Assembly (NCBI RefSeq): GCF_000150275.1
Contig: NW_002060952.1
Span: 952,482-1,016,481 of the forward strand
From: Trichoplax adhaerens
Taxonomy: Eukaryota; Animalia; Placozoa
Direction of reading: 5' to 3'
Length of the DNA stretch: 64,000 nucleotides
The notes below the pieces were generated by a model. The model had not been told where the DNA came from and made no database searches. It saw nothing but the letters and a program-made list of their open reading frames with translations. Shown piece by piece: positions 52,737-64,000 of the stretch. Position numbers and translations under genes: made by a program. How positions within the stretch are numbered: position 1 is the stretch's first letter; every line of letters begins with the position of its first letter.

Positions 52737-55700
52737 TCAGATAGCAGATTCATAAACGGGCCCAGATAGTTGGCCCCACTTTTGGTAGCCGTTGGGGTAC
52801 GGGGCTTTCTTTTCACCGCCAGCTAAACTACCGTAGAGTTCCCTTTTCATTTGCAATTCGGTTGCGTCCTCGGGAGGAACTAATAATTTGGTAAAACGCT
52901 AATCCATGAAGAGACATAAAAGTTAGTTTTAAATGTATTGTGTATGAGGCCTAATACATTATTATCCATGAAAAATTTCCATATCCTCAAATTGTAATAT
53001 TATTGGACAGTTCATTTCTTGATACTTCAATTATTATACAAATAACTTTCTTCTGATTACTATGCAAGTTAGGCTATTTTTATTTCAAATTAGAAATATG
53101 ACTAGGTCTATTTACCTCAGTAATGGAGCCTTTCGTGATGAATAAGAGATATATGGCTCGAACAACGATGCATAATAGCGAAAGAGCAACCATAAGCCAG
53201 CCAACAAAATCTCCCCACCAAGGATATGGTTTGCCATCGTATTTTAATGGTGCATAATTAAGGATACCAAAGATAAGTATTACCTAGCCAAAAATAAAAT
53301 AATTACTTCTAATATAGCCCGAATTAGCGATTAAATGCTAAAGGAAGGAGAATTAGTCAATCAAATTTTAGTACAATGAGTAGAAATGGAAATAATATTT
53401 TACCAGTGTAAGCCCTGGTGATATCAATAACCAACAAATGCGCCAAACAATCCAGACCTTTTTCCCAGTAACGTAACCAATATTACGACTGAATCGGTCA
53501 ACACCTATAATAGTAATTCAAGGGAATGATTTAGTTTATTGCTTGGCTATGAAATCTATTTTGATGGTTTTGATAGGAGAATACGTTATGCATGTAACAT
53601 CTCAGTTACTATTCGATGTCTTTGACAACTGTCCAGCACTAGTTATAACGCATAACTAACATATATTGTACCTATCTAAATCAGGATTAATAAAAACTAT
53701 CAGACCTACAGCCCATCTCTACTTTGTAATTCGATCAAAATATAGTAATATGTGGATTGGAAAGGAGATTTAGCGATTGATGTAATTGTTTTATTGATTT
53801 CAGTAAAATCTGGATATAATTAAGGCTACCAATTACCGTAGAACCAGGAAACAGTTACAATTTCAAGAAAGACGGATACAACCAAAGCTGAACCAGCCGA
53901 ATATAAATTAAACATTTGGAATACATAGATTCCACCCTTCAAGGATAAAAATGGTCATTATTTTTATGATTTCAAATATTAATTTCAATTAAGATTTTGC
54001 AGAGAAAGAGAGAACAGTGCTTCAACTTTTAGCTAGGTTATGTGATTAAGATTGAATTCTACTTACTCTTGTTATACATGTCAATCCGAGCAATAATTCA
54101 ACCATGCAAATGGCTAATTTTAGCCACATTTCACGTTCTCTAAGAACTTTAGGCCACATATCCATTAAACCAGTGGCCATAACTTCAACAATCCCAAACT
54201 AAATTCAAAGTAGAAATTGAGTAAAACCCTATTAAAGTCTGTTCTATAGACATGGAAGTAATTATTGCTTTGATTTACTAGGCACGCAAAGTCATTTTTT
54301 AATCTAACTATTAGTAAAGGCTATTAATAACATTTTAAGATTTAAGATAGATTAAATCTGAATTTATAGCTACCGCGGTATCGATGCCAATAGTGATAAG
54401 CATGAAGAAAAAGAGTAGGGCCCAAAAATTAGCTCCAGGTAGTGTGGCTAATCCAGCCGGATAAACGATAAATATTAATCCGGGACCTAGATACGTAGTC
54501 AGCAAATTCCGTTTAGTAAGTAGGATAATTTCTATACTCTTTGGAAATATAAGTAGTATTGCAAACTGTCTTCCCACAAGTAAACCAGTTCGAAAATATA
54601 GTAGGCAAAGGAAGTCTATGTTATATGATTGGTTTAGCTACAAAATATTTAGTAAGATTGACCTTGAGTTACTACGCTAGAAATGGGAGCGCGTTGTTGA
54701 TAGGCCATAAAACCCAACATGGAGAAAATGACAAAGCCAGAAAAAAAGCTAGTAAGAGAATTGCATACAGCTATAATAATAGCGTCCCTAAAATAAACGA
54801 AAAAATAGGATTACAATAAAAGAATTTCCTCGAGTTTTATCTATTGGGTTTAAGTTCGACAAGAATATTGATATTTATAAGATAACTATAAGTGTATCAA
54901 GATTGCTATAAAAGAATTGCTTAAGTTGATCGTTTTAGGCGTAAGTTCAACGAAAATACTGATATTTACACGATAATAATATAAAGATTACTGTAGAGAA
55001 ATTGCTTGAATTGACCATTTTAGGCGTATCTTTAACGAGAATATTGATATTCATAAAGTAATTATATAAAGAATGCAGTCAAGAAATTGCTCGAATAGAT
55101 TATTTTAGGCGTATAATTAGCAAGAATATTGATAATAATATCGCAATTATATAATTAAGCCATTAGGATGTCCATTATAAAAAATTTAAATGAATAACTT
55201 AGACTACTTGAGGACGTTCTTTCCGCGTTTATTATAGCTAGCCATCGTTAACGTAGTGCCAAACCCAGCACCTAAGGTATAAAATATTTGTGTCCCAGCA
55301 TCTCGCCAAGCCTTGTATGTATAAATTATTATAATGTGATTTAATACAGCTTTATTCACCACTAATGGTTTTAAATTATCACAGTTGTATCTGGTTTATT
55401 GTAATTGTAAATTTATAGAGAAAATAGGACTTGTCCGTCGCCTGGCTGCGATGCAACGCTTGGCTATCATTAGCTTACATTTAAATCGCGCAATTTAGAT
55501 CCATCAACATTGACATAGTATAAAACTCCTTGTAATGCACCAGGTAGAGTCAATCCACGAATAAGAAGTATAAATAAGACTAGATATGGGAAAGTAGCAG
55601 TAAAATATACAACCTATCGTAAAGAGTAGATCAAACAAGGTTAATAAAGAGGAGAATCAGCTTAAGTTTATATCATTTAATAACTATCATTAAAGGCTGT

Positions 55701-57515
55701 AGTTATATTATTATTGACTATTTCTGAATTGAATACACTAGTAATGAGTCAGATACCTTCCCTGTCCATCGGATTCCTTTAAAGATGCAGAAATAAACCA
55801 GCAACCAGGCAAATAACAGCAGTAGGGCAAGTTCCCATTTAACTGGACCAGCAATGTTTGGGTCACCGCTCATATCTAATACACGACGACTAAAGGTATA
55901 ATAGAAATTGCATATGGGTATTAAATTTGTTGCCATTTGTTAATGAAGAATTGGAATAGAATAGCAAACGAGATGATGAAAACAATACTGTTATAGATTG
56001 ATATTATAGAGTAACCGAAATATTATCATGTTATTAAGGACGAAGATAGAGCTCATGGAATATCCAATACCCGTCCATAAGCAATCTACAACGACTATAT
56101 GCACAATAAAATGGCTAAAAATGGAATAAAAAGTTTCACATAAACTTCAAGCTTGTTACTATCGATGTTGAGGAATTGTAATATACGGCAATATCGGAAG
56201 AAAAGCGAAATACAATATAAACATATCATGGAAATAGAAATGCTACAACTTGATACTATGGAGTAAAAGGAATACATGTATTATGACAGTATAAAGAACA
56301 AAGATTCAGCTATAGAAATATCTGAAATACTATAGATTAATTATAGCTAGTTCTATCTTGCTTCCGATAAATATAATTTATAAATCCAGGACAGAATTTG
56401 AGTTCATTAATACTTGTTATATCCCTCCGAAAAAAGCTAGACTCGATATCAAGTTGGATTGATGCTAACGAACGGAAACTGATCAATATTTATCTATCAA
56501 TCATCTCATGTAAACTGCTCTCAATCAATTGAGTAGTAGAAAAATAGGAGAATTGAAATAATAGTTTATGAGCCACATTTTGCACGCTGAGGCACTGTTT
56601 CCGCATGCTAATAAATATACAATATTAAAATAATGCTGAGGCTTTACTTATAAAATTCCTCGCTAGGCGAAACTCCAGTATCGTTGGCATCCGATGAGAT
56701 ATTTCGAATGAAACAGTTGACTGTGTTCCAGTCGTTATTGCAGGTTGTCCAAGGTAATGGTGAGGCAAAACTGGCAAAGAAATAAAATAGAGCCCATACC
56801 AAAATAATGATGTAATAGATTGATGCCAGGAAGCAAAGTGTCAACATGGAATAACCAACACCTAAAGAAAGCGAGAAAATTCATATTAAAACTTTTTCAT
56901 ACCGCTTCTTCTAAGCATTAACTTTTTTATCGAATAGTAAATTGAAAGAAAACTTTCTTCGTAAGAGTCAATTTACCTTCCAAAGGATGAAATAATAGTC
57001 ATTGAAACTTTCTAAACTCTCCATAATCATACCTGACAATAGGGGGCAAATGTTGTAGAAGCTAATAGATGCACCGCGCTGGAAGTATTGCCCAATGCAA
57101 AATTCCAAGCCCATAATAGGAAGGCCAATGAAGAGTAGCGCAAGGAAGTAAGGAACAAGAAAAGCACCTTTTCCACAATGTGAAATGTAATTTATAATGA
57201 GTATTAAAAAATGAGACGTTCGTTTCTATCTATTTGCTATGCTTTGGAATAATATCATACAGTACGTTTAAAGTGGAGATAACATCAAGATAGTGGTATA
57301 ATATTGGAGTACATACCTCCACCATGTTGGTAGCAAAGATAAGGAAATCTCCAAAGATTACCAAAACCAACTACTAATCCAAGAACAGTTATGACAAAAT
57401 CAATGGCTTTCCCCCAGCTTTGACGTTCAGTGTTATCACTCGTGGGCTCCTCGCTCAAATTCTGGCTATCATCTCTTGCTTCATCTACCTTACCGTTAAA
57501 CGAATTCTCTGCCAT
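52737..57515 (-). CDS. SLC6/NSS sodium- and chloride-dependent amino-acid-type transporter; ~13 coding exons
   Basis: [103 protein letters not shown] and GIDTAFG, ending YESAI*. Confidence 0.94.
54820..55160. repeat. Degenerate ~85-bp tandem repeat (~4 units) in an SLC6 intron
   Basis: AATTGCT..TTTTAGGCGTA..GAATATTGATAT recurs at ~85-bp spacing (~54932, 55018, 55103). Confidence 0.75.
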
Positions 57516-60500
57516 TTTACAGTTTCTACCTTGCTATGATGATCAGCTAAGTATTGTAGGAATAAAATTAGGAAATTTTAAATGACGTTGTACCCTATCC
57601 CAGTGATAGCGTAAGAAAATCAGAGTAAAACTTCTATTCTAAGATTTTTATTTTTGTTAGTACAAGATTGCAAGGTATTTCAAAGTCTTTCAAGCGTCTT
57701 ATGAAAAATAGCGTAATAAATGACAACGGATTTGCAAGAATGTTTCATGAATGGAAAAAAATTAAGTTACACTGATCAAATTGATAAGGAGATCATCTAG
57801 GATAGACTAAAAAGAGATCCCATAGCTGTAGATCCTTAATTCTGCTAAGAATGAATCGTGATTCAGTCCAGTAAATCTACTAACTATATGAATATTAAAG
57901 GATAGCCTAGGCATAAGCCAAGAACAAGGTTGTCAACGCAGCTGTCTGGATTTATGTGGGAAAAGCTAAATACAATTTATCATTCAACGTTTCATCCTAT
58001 AGTCGTGAAATATCCAACTACAATGAATAAAAGCAATCTTTTAAGGTAAGAATTTAGCTAGAATAGCTACAAAATAGGAAAGATCAGGGTCATCAACCTT
58101 GGTTAAAAGGTGTTTTATCGCTGGAATATTTTATGATTTTACATTTAACCGCATTATCCAACAATAAAATAAAGCATTGTAAGTTAAAAACTCTAACTTC
58201 TTCACTGCAACAGTAAAACACAAATCATATATGAAAATCAATTTAGCTTATTAGGCAACACTCTCTCTTTATTGGAGTATGCATGAATCCAGCTTTGGCC
58301 TTATTATTCTCCCGTTATTTTTTGAAATTAATCTACTGCATACGCTCATTGAGATATGATTACAGTAAGAGTAAGATTAAAATCCCTAATCCTGCCATAA
58401 ATATTATATCCGCTAATATGATTGCAAAGATGAATACAAGATAATAATTCTATCTTCAGGGTACGGTTTAATTCAATTGCTAGGAAAGTAATTCACTGCC
58501 CAAGACTACTGTCCATGATACTTTTTTTTCAGGGAAGAAAATTTGGAACGAAACAGTATTTTTCCTCGGAGCCATGTACTCGTATTACATCACCTTATTT
58601 GGAATTTTTTTATTGAACTTACCTGTAAGCACTAATAGGAAATAGTGGACGACGTTAAAGGTACCGATTAAATTATAGCCCAAAATGGATCGCTTGACTC
58701 AGAATTAAATCAGCTTTGACTTATTTGACGCTTGCTAACAGTCAATTAAGATACAAAATCGATTTATTATAAAACGCCAAAAAAAATTGGTAAATTATAT
58801 TAATTATCGGCGTTAGTTGCTAAGTCTGATTAAGGATTTTAACTTAATTAGTTTTCATCTTATGCATAAGTTATTGTTAGTTAAATCAATATATTATTTG
58901 CATGAAAATTGATTGGATCAGGCTAGTAATAGACTGGTGACTTCTTCTTTTCATCAAATAACATAACAAATCCAGCCATTATGCCTCATTCTAATCATTA
59001 ATTATGGGTTGATGAATCATTTCAAAACAGTTTATAATTGACAAATTACGAAAATACAACGAAAGGATTTATTGCATGCTTTCTTCATCCAAGCATCGTT
59101 AATGATTGTATATCACTTAATTTAATCGGGATGCGTGATTTTATTTAGAGATCATTCTATTTTATAGCGTTATTTGTGCAACCACTAGCCTTAATAAATA
59201 AGATGTTGTTGGCGTATTTTAATTTCGCCACTATTGTGTAATTTATAGAATGCCTTATTATCATATCAGTTGGATAGCTAATGGTTAACATTAAATTATA
59301 GTTGTTGCCTATTGATCGGATAGAGTAATTACATTTTGTCTCGTTTATTCTGTAAATCAATTTCTAGCTTGAATTGATACCTAAACGTATTGAATCTTGA
59401 CAGTCAAAGTTATTTCGACACTTTCCATTTTGCTGACCAATGATATTCTTACCGGCTTTGAAAGTTAACGCTTTATCTTTAAAATCGTTGGAACTTTAAT
59501 TATCGCTACCCAATAATCTTCACATCTTAGAATAACAATTTGTCTCAATATCACTACTAGATTTATCATTTGATAAATCGATCAGGTAAATTAGTAAACT
59601 GATCAGTTTGTAAGTTTATATTGGTCTTGCCCGATTTAAATAAGATTCTTTGGATCGATTGCAAGTTTAGCAGCGTTCTTGACTCGGTTACATCAAATAA
59701 GATATACAAGTTGCTTAATAGTTCTGAGTTCACTAGATAAAACATAGTTGCCAATCAATTTTACGTATGTAATATCGATTAGTAGTCCAGCTAATTACAG
59801 TTATATCAGTTTCGTTTTACCAATTCAAGGTGCTTGTTCGCTAGACATCAGTCTGAGCTACATTGAAATAGCTAATAATTACATGCAATTGATTCTATGG
59901 CTGAACATTTGACCAAGCATCCGTAGTGTATTAACTTCAAATATGATTTTGCGCTTAAAATTATCACGGATTTTATCTAATTACTTTTTACCCATATCTT
60001 AGTAGAAATCAATCTAAATATTGTATAAGTCTGCCTTGATCCATAGCATCACCATTTCATCAGTTTTGAATGACTTATGCAAAAAATGCTGCATTATATT
60101 TCTACTCAAGCTGTTCAATCAAACCAGTTACACATCGAATCGAAATAATCAATTTTGAATACGAATAAATCGCTATAGTACAGATATCGTCCGTTTTATC
60201 AATTCACTTTGTATCTATCCTAAGATGACTCCTCGAACAATAATTAAATCCATCAATCACTCCATGAAATATCAATATCCGGTTTCTGCATATAAGCAAA
60301 TCGACATCCTCGATTATATTCTGAAATAATCGATTATCGCCACTGTATAATATCTACTGAAGATGGTTTGATCTAATCAATTATGTGCTTACATTATAAG
60401 TAAATACTTTCATTTTAATAACGATGGAATGTCTAGAATTATTTTCGGATCAATCAATTGGGCTTTGAAATATATGCTGAAAAGAATCAGTGGAATTACC

Positions 60501-63500
60501 ATTGTGCAATCATTACGATTTATGAAACCATGGTAGAAACTAGTGAATTAACTCGAAATCTTTAGGATTCTTGCATAATATTAGGAACATATGTCGGATA
60601 TCGGTTTTTATGAGACTAGAATCTGTCAACGAGTGCCTGTCTGCTATTAATTCTATACGGCAAATGAATTATATTCCTGCAACCATTATACTGAGAGCTC
60701 ATTCATTGATGGCGTTAATAAAATTATAATAATGATTAAGCTATTCAATTTTAATAACAATTCTTGGAGGTATAGCAAGCATCCGCTGATCAAGGATTTT
60801 TCAGTATTACTATACATAAAATAGATTGTCATCATGATTTCAATGACTAGACCTGCTCAATTTCGAATAAAAACTCAAGATTGGTACAGGATTATGCTAA
60901 AAGATTTTTCAGCTATAGTTGCAAATGTTCTCTATCACAATTCCAATAAATAAACTGTTCAATTTTTAATGAAATTTTAGGGCATTGTAGGCTTGCGCAG
61001 CTAATAAGAGATATTTTACAGGTAAAATATACATCTTAGCGAAATATTTGATATTAATCTTATAAATTCAATTTTAAAACTAAGTTTGTTGACGTAAACT
61101 CTACAATTATTCCAATAGATAGAATCTATTCACGAAGCTGAAACCACCTATCGCGGCGAAGTAAGGTTGAACCAAACAACTTCTGCTTCCTATAGACTAA
61201 ACCAACTAATTTTCAGTTCAGTTCAGCTCATTCAATAGTCTAAGTCCATCTTCTAAACATCGACAGTTTAGAATGAGCTGAATGTAATTAGTCTTACAAG
61301 ATCAAATTCAAAGCAGTGTCAGTCTTTGCAGCTAAAGGCACCGAAGCTTTTAATTTTACCCCATTTCTTTAGAACAATTGCTTCAGTTTTATACGTCGAG
61401 GTAATCAAAAGTTTCGTATTATTTTCGATGCTTTTAACATAGTAAAGTTAGCTGCCACATACTAGCAATAGGATTAAATGGGATTTTAATATAGTCAAGT
61501 ACCAGTATAATTATTTTGTGATGCGACTTCTTTGTCTTACGTGCCCCATAGATGAGCTAAAATAATACATCATATTGAGAGGGAAAAAATTTTCCGTTAG
61601 GAAAATCACCCAGAGTGATAAAAGCGTCCAAGGAATGGTGCATTACTCTTCGAATATAGATCAAGAAATCAATAAGACCACCTGTAATGGACTGAAAAGG
61701 TCAGCAATTTAATTTATACCCTAATGAGTGTTTACTTTTGCTTAGAGTATAGCAAATGCGTTGTTGAAAAGACCTCATGTCCGCACTTTAGTTTTTCAGA
61801 CCGCTAGTCTTGCTACCAAGTTAATCTAAAGTTTGATGGTAGCGAAGAATAGCTGAGATGTATATCATAGAATAGTTTAAAGGAAGTAGATTTAAGCTCA
61901 AGATGGTACACAAATGCAATGATGACCCCTCGATTTCTGTTTATTTCAAGCTTATATGATATAAAAGTTAAATGGCAACAGTGTCGAAACTGCAATGAAT
62001 TCATTTTTTTAATTCCACCGTAGGGTTGTTCCTTCCCTTCCTTCCAATTTTCTGATATATTACAGAAGTTAAGCGTATTAGCCGACAGCTGTGTCTAAAC
62101 TGAAACGAAGTGATTTATTGCAATATTACTATAGTAGTTTATTATAAAGTAGCAGAGGACAGCCGACATACTCGTATTTACTGAACATTGATGGACGAAT
62201 TGAGCCGGTATTTTCCTTTAAATTTCCGATATCATACGAAAAATAAGCGCATAAAGTGATTACGTAGTCTAAACTGGAACGGTTCTATTTTTATTTATGG
62301 ATCGGATAACTGAAACCATTATTAATTCTCGATGCAGTATAATGGCAGAGGGATCAGTGGAAATAGAAATGAATCGCTATATGCTTACCCACTTAAATAA
62401 AAGCCCTTATTGGTTGCTTGAAATAAATGTAAAGATTCTATAGCCTATGTTAGACAGTTTTATTTCGTATCCTTCAATATAAATTAACTGTAGTTATATG
62501 ACAATTTACATGAGATAGAATGATATCAATTTATTGCAAGAAATGAAATATTCACTAATGGCTTTTGATGTATAATCGTTCAATTAAATCGTTTAGATTA
62601 ATGACCAGGTAGGATAGCCAATCTTAATTTTACAAGTACGATATATGCTATAATTTATATTAGATATTGCTAAGTATTATTAACCTTGACTGATTATTAT
62701 TGTAACAACAGCAGAGCTATCCTAAAGAAGAACAAGTTATGAACTGCCCAAAAATTATAAGTATAGTCTTTAGACAAATACAGTTCAGTTCCAAATGGAA
62801 ATAAAGAAAGTTAACACAGTGTCGATAATTATAATACTATATATTAATTATCTTAGTATCCGCATCAATATCGATATGTAAAAGGATTTCCTTGATAATT
62901 TAGAACAGCTTGGAATACTTAGTAAGGGTCTTTAGCAGAAAAATGAAAGACATGTATGCTACCCTTTCATTTTGAAGCATTTCAATAAGAAGAAATCAGA
63001 AAAATCTTGAAATGTAAATAAAGGGGATGATACCGTAGCCAAAAAGGCGAAGTTTTTCTAATTTCAGGAAAGTATCACAAATAATCTTAAAATAATGAGG
63101 CTATCCATGATTTTATCTTACTGCAATAAGATAATTCCAGTATTAAGGCTAATATCAACCTTAGCGGCTGTAATTCAACAGGTATTACGAAATTTTACAG
63201 GATTGATCGAGAAAGACAGCTTAACTAGATTTATCTAAAACGCGGTTATTCAAAAAAATTAAAATTTTGCATTAAAAAGTCTGAGATTACTTTTATAACC
63301 ATTATGGTTACATTTTCCATTAATGATAATTCTAATTCATCACTTAAGAAAGATACCCTAAACCCAGTAGTTGGTTAGCCAAGGTTAACAAAAGAAAATA
63401 GTTGTTACGCTGTTCTTGTTTGCTGATGAAACATATTAAATTCGATCTTGTAAGCTTTGCGCACTACTAGCTAACGAGGTGTGTGTGCTGGATTTGGTAG

Positions 63501-64000
63501 AAGTTCCTGCAGACTAAAACAGGATAATTAATATAAGATTGTTAAACGATTTGGAATTAATTAAATTTAATATAAACCTGCTTTACTTTGAATACTGGTA
63601 CTTAATTTATTTCAACTTAATATTTGCATGACTGACGATAACTGTAGCAGCTCCTGATCAATGCTGTATTTTAGCAATTGATCTCTACTGGCTTATGATG
63701 AAATTTAAAACTAAAATTTTCACCTTTAGCGATAGCCTAAATCAGCACTTTATCTACGTTATATTCAGTAATTGATCTCTACTAGCGTATGTTGATAGTT
63801 AAAACAAAATTTTGCGTGACTAGCTAGGCTGGCGATGACCTTAATCAGATCTCTATTCTACATTTTAGTTCAGTTTTACATAGAGTCAATTTAATTACAA
63901 AATCGGAATTAGTAGCTAAAATCTAGACTAGTTTCCAGTTCTGATCGGTACTACATTCAATAATTTAGCTAGGTTAACTATGATAACTTCAATATGGGAT

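Noticed and set aside
63670-63870. Two ~94-bp-spaced direct repeats (AATTGATCTCTACT)
   Set aside because: A short degenerate local duplication with no further supporting structure.

Overview
AT-rich, intron-dense animal genomic DNA with canonical GT-AG introns. The compact architecture is compatible with a placozoan such as Trichoplax, but that is inference only. No prokaryotic features, rRNA, tRNA or CRISPR arrays were seen. From left to right the window holds: two intact tandem failed-axon-connections (FAXC/metaxin-like GST-fold) genes on + and a third, convergent, disabled copy on -; a 15-exon DNTTIP1 gene; a ~17 kb tandem segmental duplication of a head-to-head pair made of a 4-exon glutathione S-transferase with an unusual N-terminal signal/anchor (-) and a ~26-coding-exon villin (+); and a ~13-exon SLC6 amino-acid-type sodium symporter (-). 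In the second copy of the duplication the GST is a pseudogene and the villin is intact but diverged. Non-coding structure includes a 240-bp solo-LTR-like insertion with a 5-bp target-site duplication, several mini- and microsatellites, an exon-free mosaic relic of villin-locus fragments, and dense clusters of a palindromic TACWGTA motif upstream of the FAXC genes. Gene models were spliced by hand, so exon borders may be off by a few bases.
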